A stretch of DNA of 64,000 nucleotides from Spirochaetales bacterium (GTDB lineage: Bacteria; Spirochaetota; Spirochaetia; UBA9216): positions 364-64,363 of the forward strand of contig QKCC01000275.1 in NCBI GenBank assembly GCA_003245835.1. Reading direction: 5' to 3'. Both the position numbers and the translations under genes were made by a program. Shown here one piece after another: positions 17,739 to 25,856 of this stretch. The stretch's first letter is position 1. Each line of letters starts with the position of its first letter. The notes beneath the pieces were generated by a model, which was given only the letters and a program-made list of their open reading frames with translations, was not told where the DNA came from and did no database searches.

Positions 17739-18524
17739 TTACATGAAACTCAGCACTACCTGCTGCGTTATCAGACTCCAGCCGTCTACAAGAACAAATA
17801 ATATAAGCTTGAATGGCAGAGAGATCATCGCCGGGGGAAGCATGATCATACCCATCGACATCAATGTAGACGCAACAATCATATCAATTATTATGAACGG
17901 TATAAAAAGAAATATACCGATCTTGAATGCAGTGGTAAGTTCATTGAGTATAAAAGCCGGAATAAGAACATAGGTTGGAACATCGGCAGCCGTCTGCGGC
18001 TTCGGCATGTCAGCCATTTTCATAAAAAGCTGAATATTTTCATAATGCCCGTCCATCTGTTTGTACATAAACAGCCTCAGCGGCGCTTCAGTCTCCTGGT
18101 AAAGTTCCTCGAGACCTATCTCGCCGTCGGCAAAGGGCTTGAACCCGTTCTCATAAACCGTTGTAAATGTCGGCCACATAATAAAAAGTGTAAGAAACAG
18201 AGCTATACCGTTCAGCACAGTATTCGGGGGGACCTGCTGAAGGGACAAAGATCTTCTTATAAAATCAAATATTATCGAGATTCTTAAAAAACTTGTAGTA
18301 AGAATGATTATTGAGGGAGAAAGCGTTATTACCGCGAGAAGCAGAATAAGCTGAACCGATAAGGCTACTTCCTGATTATTCTCGGGCTGACTGATTGTGA
18401 GATCTACAAATGGGATCTGCAAACCGGTGCCGGCATCAGGATTTACAGCTTCCTGTGCAAAAACCGGTCCTGCAGCCGCTGACATGAAAATAGCCAGGCA
18501 CAGAACAATTGATAACTTTCTCAT
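17739..18524 (-). CDS. fliP: Flagellar export apparatus protein FliP
   Basis: Signal peptide, then the conserved FliP core (ILLLAVITLSPSIIILTTSFLRISIIF ... VLIPAFILNELTTAFKIGIFLFIPFIIIDMIVAS). Confidence 0.95.
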   Translation of the reverse strand: MRKLSIVLCLAIFMSAAAGPVFAQEAVNPDAGTGLQIPFVDLTISQPENNQEVALSVQLILLLAVITLSPSIIILTTSFLRISIIFDFIRRSLSLQQVPPNTVLNGIALFLTLFIMWPTFTTVYENGFKPFADGEIGLEELYQETEAPLRLFMYKQMDGHYENIQLFMKMADMPKPQTAADVPTYVLIPAFILNELTTAFKIGIFLFIPFIIIDMIVASTLMSMGMIMLPPAMISLPFKLILFVLVDGWSLITQQVVLSFM

Positions 18525-18576
18525 TCCCCCCCCAGAAAATGACAGTTAAATTTTACCACATTTTTATATGTTTTTG

Positions 18577-19176
18577 CTACATTTTTTTTAATCTTTCTGC
18601 CTGATCATGCATAAATTTGTTATTATTTCTTATTCTTTCCTTTAGATTTTCAGCTGGGCTGCTTTTTCCCCCGATTTTGAAGTTAAAAAAATCAGAAAAG
18701 CTCTTTTTTCCATCCGGAATCTTCGGAGCCTTCAGGATAATTTCATCTATGGTTTCCTTGTCATCTATGTCGGCAATGTGAGAAACCGCACCGTCTCCGC
18801 ATCCGACAAGATAATATCTGGCTCCTACCTCAATTAAATGAACGGAACCGTTCTGTGTAAGGCTCTGCGAACCCAGAAGCCTTATGAGCTCATCACTCTG
18901 GTATTTCATCCCCCCGGCTTTCTTGAGACCGTAGAAGATTGCATAGATAACGAGTACCACAGCAACGAGTATCAATATTACCTTTATAAAATCCCATGTA
19001 GTAAAAAAACGACCGTCGCCTGCAGCATCCGCTTGAGGTTCGGTTCCGTTTCCATCGTCGAGAATAATAGATGTTTCATCAGTGATTGGTTCGGCAGTTA
19101 CCGCGGCTTCCGTTTCCTGCGCAAAGGCCGCAAAAGCAGATAACAGCAGCAGTACTGCAAGAATTGTTTTTTTCAT
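18577..19176 (-). CDS. fliO: Flagellar biosynthesis protein FliO/FliZ
   Basis: I moved the start to the ATG at 19176, which follows the SD GGGAGGGG. Signal peptide, one TM helix (VILILVAVVLVIYAIFYGL) and a FliO core (LIEVGARYYLVGCGDGAVSHIADI). Confidence 0.7.
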   Translation of the reverse strand: MKKTILAVLLLLSAFAAFAQETEAAVTAEPITDETSIILDDGNGTEPQADAAGDGRFFTTWDFIKVILILVAVVLVIYAIFYGLKKAGGMKYQSDELIRLLGSQSLTQNGSVHLIEVGARYYLVGCGDGAVSHIADIDDKETIDEIILKAPKIPDGKKSFSDFFNFKIGGKSSPAENLKERIRNNNKFMHDQAERLKKM

Positions 19177-19202
19177 TGTCCCCTCCCGACAATTAAGGAC
19201 CC

Positions 19203-19272
19203 GCAAAAATTCCGGATTTTTGCTGTCTCCCGTTTTTACAAATCCGTACCGGATTCCCGGTCCGGTACGGAT
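19203..19272 (-). promoter_or_regulatory. Two perfect hairpins in the fliY-fliO intra-operon spacer, each with GGA in the loop on the mRNA strand
   Basis: Hairpin A: gcaaaaat (19203-19210) pairs with atttttgc (19216-19223); the mRNA loop is CCGGA. Hairpin B: atccgtaccgga (19242-19253) pairs with tccggtacggat (19261-19272); the mRNA loop is CCGGGAA. Neither is followed by a U-tract. Confidence 0.5.
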
Positions 19273-19343
19273 GAATTATTTACATTCAGGAACCGGGCTG
19301 CGGTTTTATCATGCACGACCCGATTAAACCCTTAAGGATACTA

Positions 19344-20543
19344 TCAGCCAAGGCTTTCTACCCTGTCCATCGGTGAAACAATCTCCGTAACACGTACACC
19401 GAAGTTTTCATCGATAACCACAACCTCGCCCTTTGCTATCAGTTTATGGTTTACAAGGATGTCTACCGGTTCACCGGCAAGTTTATCAAGCTCGATAATG
19501 GTACCTTCACCCATTCCGAGTATTTCTTTTATAAGCTTCTTAGTTCGCCCAAGTTCTACGGTCATCTCCATGTATACATCCATAAGAAGACCGATGTTTC
19601 CCTGCTCTCCGCTTGACATCTGCGGATTAAGATTCGGGAACTGAAGCCCCGAAACATTCGGTGCCGGCTGCCGCCCCCCGAACATCTCCATGCCCATTCC
19701 GCCGCCGGCATGACCGCCGCCCATACTCATACCCATATTCATTCCTGCGCCCATGTTTCCACTCATGCCGCTCATACCGCCCCTGGCACCCATACCTGCC
19801 ATGCCGCCCATACCTGCCATCGGGTCTGCAGCGGGCCTGCCGGAACTCTGACCTGCGCCGAAACTTCCCATACCGAGATCACCGAAACCTGCAGAAGAAT
19901 TGTCGCCGCCGATTATTGCCTTAACAAGATCGACCGCAAAGACTTCAACAAATTCCGTGGGATTCTTCCCGTCGATTTTCGTGCGGTATCCGACCTTTAC
20001 TACATCGCTTTCCGGAAAACTTATTTCATTCTTGTTTATACTGCGGGTCCGGCCAGGCGAGGTCATAACACTCTTGCCGCTTTTTTCACCGAAAGTAGTG
20101 GCTGCAGAACCCGCCAGCGTATTGGCCGCTTCCTCGATTGCAGAAAGTGCCGCCTCGTTAAGATCGACATCCTCCTGTCCCATCATAAGTCCAGCAATTG
20201 TTACGGCAGCCTCAGGCCCTATCATATAGGCGTGATTTCCGCTTATCTGATCCTGAAAATTAAGATTTACTTCAACTATATCGTCAGAGAGTCCTGCAAT
20301 AAGATCATCAAGGCTCATAACTTCTACAGTAGGCTTCGTCATATCTACCGAATCGCCGACCATATTTGAAAGATTCTGCGCCTGTGAAGGAAGAAGCTCA
20401 CTGATAATAGCGGCAAACTCGGAGATCTCCTGACGGCTTAGACCTGCTGAACTTCCGCCCGCGGATGGGGTCGAAGCTGAACCTATATCTCCGCCCTGCA
20501 GCAATGCATCAATTTCGTCTTGAGACAGTGATCCGTCACTCAT
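19344..20543 (-). CDS. fliY: Flagellar motor switch protein FliY (CheC-like N-domain plus FliN C-domain)
   Basis: N-terminal LSQDEIDALL peptide, a CheC-like middle region, and a C-terminal FliN/SpoA domain (LLMDVYMEMTVELGRTKKLIKEILGMGEGTIIELDKLAGEPVDILVNHKLIAKGEVVV). Confidence 0.9.
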   Translation of the reverse strand: MSDGSLSQDEIDALLQGGDIGSASTPSAGGSSAGLSRQEISEFAAIISELLPSQAQNLSNMVGDSVDMTKPTVEVMSLDDLIAGLSDDIVEVNLNFQDQISGNHAYMIGPEAAVTIAGLMMGQEDVDLNEAALSAIEEAANTLAGSAATTFGEKSGKSVMTSPGRTRSINKNEISFPESDVVKVGYRTKIDGKNPTEFVEVFAVDLVKAIIGGDNSSAGFGDLGMGSFGAGQSSGRPAADPMAGMGGMAGMGARGGMSGMSGNMGAGMNMGMSMGGGHAGGGMGMEMFGGRQPAPNVSGLQFPNLNPQMSSGEQGNIGLLMDVYMEMTVELGRTKKLIKEILGMGEGTIIELDKLAGEPVDILVNHKLIAKGEVVVIDENFGVRVTEIVSPMDRVESLG

Positions 20544-21568
20544 TATTCATCTCCTTCAGCGATAAGTTCTTCGAACTCATCTTTTTCTATATCTTCCAGT
20601 CTGGTCGTTACCTGAACTGCTATCTTTTTTCCAACTACGCCGGGTTTACATAGGAATTTCTCCTTGTTTCCGACCTTTAAAACCATCTCGTCCGTAATTC
20701 TGGTATTCGGAAGCCGAATAAGGTCTCCCGGGGCCAGGGACAGAACATCCCTCATCATCAGCTGCATTACGCCTATCTCGGCTTTGATCGGAATTTCAAT
20801 CGTTGCAAGCCGCTCTTTAAGGATTGTAAGGTTTTCGGTTGTTGCCCCGCTTCGAACCGATGAATACATGTACTGTGCCGATAGTTTTGAAATAATCGGT
20901 TCAATTGTAAGGTATGGAATACAGAAGTTCATCATACCTTCAACCTCACCGACTTTTGTTTCAAGGGTAACAAGGATTACCATTTCAGTCGGCGGAACTA
21001 TCTGGGCAAATTGGGGGTTGGTCTCAATCTGGCCAAGCCTCGGGCGAAGATCGATAACCTGGCTCCAGGCTTCACGCAGGTTCCCCAGAATCCTGACGAT
21101 GATGCCTTCCATAACAGCCTGCTCGATATCGGAAAGATCCCTCGAAATCTTGCTGCCTTCGCCCTGCCCGCCGAACTGCCTGTCAATAATGGAGTATGTA
21201 ATTGCCGGATCGATCTCGAGTACCGCCGATCCTTTGAGCGGGTCCATATTGATTATACCGAGAGTTGTCGGGTTGGGAATCGAACGTATAAATTCCTCAT
21301 ATGTCAGCTGATCTACGGACGCAACATGAACGTGTACAAGGCTTCGGAGCTGAGCTGAAAGCGCGGTTGTAGTCAGACGGGCGAAGGTTTCATGCATAAT
21401 GGAAACAGTTCTAATCTGATCTTTCGAGAATTTATCAGGCCGCTTAAAATCGTAGATCTTGATCTTCCGCTGATCGGCAGCCTGGGTAACTTCTTCTGTT
21501 TCAATGTCTCCGGTTGAAATAGCAGTCAGTAACTGGTCTATTTCATCCTGTGATAAAACTTCATTCAT
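20543..21568 (-). CDS. fliM: Flagellar motor switch protein FliM
   Basis: N-terminal LSQDEIDQLL CheY-P binding peptide and a 341-aa FliM core. 1-nt overlap with fliY. Confidence 0.95.
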   Translation of the reverse strand: MNEVLSQDEIDQLLTAISTGDIETEEVTQAADQRKIKIYDFKRPDKFSKDQIRTVSIMHETFARLTTTALSAQLRSLVHVHVASVDQLTYEEFIRSIPNPTTLGIINMDPLKGSAVLEIDPAITYSIIDRQFGGQGEGSKISRDLSDIEQAVMEGIIVRILGNLREAWSQVIDLRPRLGQIETNPQFAQIVPPTEMVILVTLETKVGEVEGMMNFCIPYLTIEPIISKLSAQYMYSSVRSGATTENLTILKERLATIEIPIKAEIGVMQLMMRDVLSLAPGDLIRLPNTRITDEMVLKVGNKEKFLCKPGVVGKKIAVQVTTRLEDIEKDEFEELIAEGDE

Positions 21569-21599
21569 CTAACTTCGTTCCGCCCTATCAGTAATTGTT

Positions 21600-22148
21600 T
21601 TAATACTGGAAGATATTATACTCCATAAAAACAATTTCCTGTATTTTACCGGCTGACAGCAGCCTGTTTATCTTCTCTCTCATTTCCTGCTTTACCTGCA
21701 TCTCTGTCTGAGGTGTAAGTTCAGCAGCGGTCTTCGAACTCAGGAACTGCCGCATCGCGTCGTAAATAATTTCAGACCGCTGAATGAGATCAGTTTGAAT
21801 ATCGGCATTTTCCCACTCGTAACCAAGCTTTGCCTTGATAATTACCGTAGAAGGGTTCTTGTCTGCTGTACGCGTCCTGATTTCATCAAGCGCATACCAT
21901 GAAAGAACTGCCGGTTCTGTTGCATACTCGGGCGACTGAACAGCATAACTCTGGTTTGTAGTGCCCTGCGTCATAATTTTCATAGTAAAGAAGACTACTG
22001 TAACTATAAATATAATTGCGACGATGATTATAGCCACCCATTTGAGTAATTTTGGAAGCAGCTCTTTTATCGCGCTCGACTTTTCACCGACTTCAAGTTC
22101 ATCACCTCCGCCGACTTCTTCTTCAGCGTAAATATCTTCATCACCCAT
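21600..22148 (-). CDS. fliL: Flagellar basal-body-associated protein FliL
   Basis: I moved the start to the ATG at 22148, which has the SD GGGAG 6 nt upstream. Single TM helix and a FliL-type C-terminal domain. Positioned after motB. Confidence 0.8.
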   Translation of the reverse strand: MGDEDIYAEEEVGGGDELEVGEKSSAIKELLPKLLKWVAIIIVAIIFIVTVVFFTMKIMTQGTTNQSYAVQSPEYATEPAVLSWYALDEIRTRTADKNPSTVIIKAKLGYEWENADIQTDLIQRSEIIYDAMRQFLSSKTAAELTPQTEMQVKQEMREKINRLLSAGKIQEIVFMEYNIFQY

Positions 22149-22216
22149 AATGTTCTCCCAAAACAACAGAAACTCTAACAGAAAAATTCTGCTGTGAAAA
22201 GTATTCGTCTATTATA

Positions 22217-22945
22217 TTAATACTGCCCTTCCGCAAGGATGACAATATCTACTCTACGGTTGTAGGCCCTTCCTTCAGGCGTCGAATTGTCGGCAAGCGG
22301 TCTTGTATCTGCGCAACCGGCGATCTGAAATTTATTCTCGTCGACCCCGAAATCAACCAGGTAGTGAAGGACATTCGCAGAACGCGCTGCCGACAGCTCC
22401 CAGTTCGTTTCCCAAGGCCCGGCAGGGTCGGTCGGAAGCGAATCAGTGTGTCCTTCAATCCTGAACTGCCGCTGATCATCCAGCGAATTAACCAGGGTCG
22501 AAACCTTTCTAAGCGTATCTCTTGCCGCCTCGATATCGACATCGGCTGTTGCCGGCCTGAAAAATGAATCGGCTGCGAGGCTGATTATTAACCCGCGTTC
22601 ATCGACAGTCACCCTGACCTTGTTGGATTTTATTTCAGACTGAAACTGGCTTACCGCTTTTTTCCGGGCCTGGTCCAGTGCCCGCCCGGACTGCATTGAC
22701 GGAAGCGTTTCAATATTGTTGCCGAGCTCCGCGAGATGACCTGATTCAAGGGTATTGCCCCCCTCAAGAAGGCCTATACCGCTGAACGCAGCAATGACGA
22801 GCTTCATTTCATGCCCGTCGATTGTTGCAGTTGTAAACATCATAACGAAAAAACACAAAAGAAGAGTAACCATGTCACCGTAGGTGAGCATATATTCGGG
22901 TACTTTCTGGATACAGGCTTCTTTCTTTTTTCGCTTAGCTGCCAT
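22217..22945 (-). CDS. motB: Flagellar stator protein MotB
   Basis: TM helix with the conserved Asp (TYGDMVTLLLCFF) and an OmpA-like C-terminus (NRRVDIVIL). Confidence 0.9.
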   Translation of the reverse strand: MAAKRKKKEACIQKVPEYMLTYGDMVTLLLCFFVMMFTTATIDGHEMKLVIAAFSGIGLLEGGNTLESGHLAELGNNIETLPSMQSGRALDQARKKAVSQFQSEIKSNKVRVTVDERGLIISLAADSFFRPATADVDIEAARDTLRKVSTLVNSLDDQRQFRIEGHTDSLPTDPAGPWETNWELSAARSANVLHYLVDFGVDENKFQIAGCADTRPLADNSTPEGRAYNRRVDIVILAEGQY

Positions 22946-22956
22946 TGCTATCTCCG

Positions 22957-23739
22957 TTATTCCGCATTAATTTCGGCCAGTACAGCTTCACGTTTTTCCG
23001 GAGGCAGAAAGGCGACCAGCTTTGATTCGAGGATTCTCGGGTTGTCTCCCGACTGAATTGAGAGTATCCCTTCAATCAGAATCTCTTTAACTAGAGTTTC
23101 TTCCTTGTCGCGGTCCTGAAGTTTGTTTCTGATCGGAATAAAGAACAGGTTGGCAAAAATTGAACCGTACATGGTTGTAATAAGTGCGAGCGCCATACCT
23201 GAACCGATTGAATCAGGGTCATCAAGGTTTGCAAGCATTCCGATAAGACCGACAAGCGTTCCAATCATACCGAATGCCGGCGAAAGCGAACCCCAGTCAT
23301 CAAACAGCTTAATGCCGTCGGCATGCCTCTCCTGCTGCTGATTCAAATCGGCATAAAGCATTGTGCTGATAATTTCGGGGTCGGTTCCGTCAACAACAAA
23401 CTGGATTCCCTTCTTCATAAACTCGTCTTCGACTTCTTCAAGGTCATCTTCAAGCGCAAGAAGACCGTCACGGCGGGCTTTTTCAGAAAAACGAACCAAG
23501 GTTGTAATAATCTTTTCCACCTCAAAATTATTAACGTTCAATACAATCTTGAAATAAGAGCCGATTTTCATTAAACGGGACAGGGGACTTCCTACAGTCA
23601 GAGCTGCAAGCGAACCGCCGAGAACCATCGCCAGCGAGCCCACATCCACATAATTAGTCATCGACACGCCGGTGCCGAGTATTGAGAATAAAATCATTCC
23701 AACGCCGAGACCCATTCCCGCTAATGTGGCAAGATCCAT
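22957..23739 (-). CDS. motA: Flagellar stator protein MotA
   Basis: MotA/TolQ/ExbB family architecture (GLIGMLANL...ALITTMYGSIFANLFFIP), immediately upstream of motB. Confidence 0.9.
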   Translation of the reverse strand: MDLATLAGMGLGVGMILFSILGTGVSMTNYVDVGSLAMVLGGSLAALTVGSPLSRLMKIGSYFKIVLNVNNFEVEKIITTLVRFSEKARRDGLLALEDDLEEVEDEFMKKGIQFVVDGTDPEIISTMLYADLNQQQERHADGIKLFDDWGSLSPAFGMIGTLVGLIGMLANLDDPDSIGSGMALALITTMYGSIFANLFFIPIRNKLQDRDKEETLVKEILIEGILSIQSGDNPRILESKLVAFLPPEKREAVLAEINAE

Positions 23740-23745
23740 TTCCTG

Positions 23746-23943
23746 TTACTCCTCGTTCTTAAAAGCCCCGATCAGGCTTCGGTATTCAACTATCCGATCA
23801 AATACAGACTGGTAGTCCTCTCTGACTACCAGCCTTTTTCCTGACAGCATAATCAGGGTGACATCCGGCTGAGCGGTTATATACTCAATCTGGTGCGGAT
23901 TCACATAAAAGATTTCGCCGTTCAGCTTTGTCAATTCAATCAT
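23746..23943 (-). CDS. flbD: Flagellar protein FlbD
   Basis: 65 aa, MIELTKLNGEIFYVNPHQIEYI..., the typical FlbD sequence and position after flgE. Confidence 0.85.
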   Translation of the reverse strand: MIELTKLNGEIFYVNPHQIEYITAQPDVTLIMLSGKRLVVREDYQSVFDRIVEYRSLIGAFKNEE

Positions 23944-23973
23944 CGTTATAACTCACTCAACCTATACCCCGAA

Positions 23974-23995
23974 AGGCAGCCGGAAAAAGCTGCCT
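23974..23995 (-). other. 7-bp hairpin directly downstream of flgE
   Basis: aggcagc (23974-23980) pairs with gctgcct (23989-23995) across an 8-nt loop, 10 nt after the flgE stop. Only TT follows it on the mRNA. Confidence 0.35.
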
Positions 23996-24004
23996 CTCAG
24001 ATTA

Positions 24005-25393
24005 TTACCTCTTCAGATTCAGCAGCTCCTGAAGCATTGTATCAGAAGTTGTGATTGTTTTCGAGTTGGCCTGAAAACCGCGCTGGGTTACAATCATGTC
24101 AGTAAACTGCTCAGCCAGGTCAACGTTACTCATTTCAAGGGCTCCGGCAATAATCTTGCCCTTGCCGGCAACGCCTGTAGGTCCTATGTTGGGATCACCG
24201 GAGTTGTTGGTAACAACGAAGGTACTTTCACCGGCTTTTTCGAGACCTGCCTGGTTGGTAAATGTGGCAAGCGCTACCTGTCCTAGAGTCCTGTTTGTGC
24301 CGTTTGAATATACCCCGGTAATTACACCGCTCTGGTCAATTTTAAAGTTTTCAAGGTATCCCATTCCATATCCGTTCTGCTTGAAAGCCTTTGTAGAACT
24401 GGTTTCGGCAAACTGTGTAATTGTATTTACAACGCTTCCTACTTCACCAAGATTCAGGTTGAAAGTCTGCCTTACAGGCGTTCCGTCTTCATTGGCAGTG
24501 GCCTGAAGAACATCGAAAGAAACCTGGACCTGAAGTTTACCGGCATCGATAATATCGCCCTGCGCGTCAGTTGCCGATTCAAGTGTTCCGAGGTTGCTGA
24601 AATTGACGATAAAATTGTTGTCGCCGTTATTCTCGGCACCGATTTCTGCAAGGGTGTTTGTTCCGTTTTCATTATCCGGATCGATTGTTATATTTGCATT
24701 CCAGCTGTTCTGGGTTCCGTCAAGCTTTGTAAAACTCAGTCGCATTTTGTGTACGTTTCCGAAATTATCGTAAACATCCTTATCGATAGTCCAGGTATTC
24801 TCCCTGGAGGTTGCTTCACCCGCGCCTTCAGGAATTACTTCGAGGCGCTTATCGAGGTTACATGCAAGATCAACCTCGGATGTAGCAGAAGCAGGATCCT
24901 TGCCGCCGACCGGGATTACGAGGTCACCGACATCGGAGGCTGAATTTATAAAGGCTTCGCCGTCTATTGTCTGAGCCATCCAGCCCTGAACCCTCATACC
25001 GTTTGCGGGGTTAACCAGTGTTCCTGCTTCGTCAATACCAAAAGCACCCGCCCTTGTGAAGAACTGCTTGTCCCCGCCGGCCATTACAAAGAATCCGTTT
25101 CCCTGCAGCGCAAGATCGGTGGTGACGCCGGTAGTCTGAAGCGAGCCCTGTGTATGTATTGTATCGATAGAAGCTATTGTCATTCCCAGGCCTACCTGCT
25201 TGGGGTTAACGCCTCCAAGTTCATCCGTAGGACGTGATGCACCCGACATTGACTGTGAAATCATATCCTGAAAATTGACACGGCCTTTTTTAAAACCCGT
25301 AGTATTTACATTGGAAATATTATTTCCTATAACATCCATTCTAACCTGATGATTCTGCAGTCCGGATACACCGGCATATAGTGATCGCATCAT
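24005..25393 (-). CDS. flgE: Flagellar hook protein FlgE
   Basis: N-terminal [35 protein letters not shown] and C-terminal [27 protein letters not shown]. It has a single Cys (C178), with Lys165 13 residues upstream. Confidence 0.95.
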   Translation of the reverse strand: MMRSLYAGVSGLQNHQVRMDVIGNNISNVNTTGFKKGRVNFQDMISQSMSGASRPTDELGGVNPKQVGLGMTIASIDTIHTQGSLQTTGVTTDLALQGNGFFVMAGGDKQFFTRAGAFGIDEAGTLVNPANGMRVQGWMAQTIDGEAFINSASDVGDLVIPVGGKDPASATSEVDLACNLDKRLEVIPEGAGEATSRENTWTIDKDVYDNFGNVHKMRLSFTKLDGTQNSWNANITIDPDNENGTNTLAEIGAENNGDNNFIVNFSNLGTLESATDAQGDIIDAGKLQVQVSFDVLQATANEDGTPVRQTFNLNLGEVGSVVNTITQFAETSSTKAFKQNGYGMGYLENFKIDQSGVITGVYSNGTNRTLGQVALATFTNQAGLEKAGESTFVVTNNSGDPNIGPTGVAGKGKIIAGALEMSNVDLAEQFTDMIVTQRGFQANSKTITTSDTMLQELLNLKR

Positions 25394-25408
25394 AAAGCTG
25401 TAACCCCC

Positions 25409-25840
25409 TTACCTTACGCTCTGAATATCGTTAAAATCATAAAATCTTCCGTTAACAAGAACCTGAGGATTCTCCGTTCCTGTAACTTCTTCAACCCGTC
25501 CGTTTACCATGTTGTCTCCGGACGCAATTGTAACATTCTTGCCTATCATGGCTACTGCACTGTTCAGGTTGAGCGTGCCTGTCAGCTTGTCAAAACCCGA
25601 ACTCATATTCTTCATCTGTTCCAGGCTGGAGAACTGTGCCATCTGTGCAATGAATTCCTTGTCTTCCATCGGAGCAGTAGGATCCTGATATGATAGCTGT
25701 GTAATCAAAATCTTTAAAAAATCATCCTGACCCAGTGAATTCTGCTTAATACCGTCAGATTTCAGTACCGCGTTAAGATTATTAACCTGCGCCTGAGTTA
25801 CAGCCTTGTCCTGTGCGGACATAACCGCTGATAAATCCAT
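25409..25840 (-). CDS. flgD: Flagellar hook capping/assembly protein FlgD
   Basis: I moved the start to the ATG at 25840, which follows the SD GGAAGGAG. LGQDDFLKILITQLSYQDPTAPMEDKEFIAQMAQFSSLEQ is the FlgD signature. Confidence 0.9.
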   Translation of the reverse strand: MDLSAVMSAQDKAVTQAQVNNLNAVLKSDGIKQNSLGQDDFLKILITQLSYQDPTAPMEDKEFIAQMAQFSSLEQMKNMSSGFDKLTGTLNLNSAVAMIGKNVTIASGDNMVNGRVEEVTGTENPQVLVNGRFYDFNDIQSVR

Positions 25841-25856
25841 TTGTTCTCCTTCCTTC

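Noticed and set aside
19710-21311. Two long plus-strand ORFs (19710..20369 and 20664..21311).
   Set aside because: They are antisense to fliY and fliM. The His/Thr/Cys-rich stretch simply mirrors the Met/Gly repeat on the coding strand.
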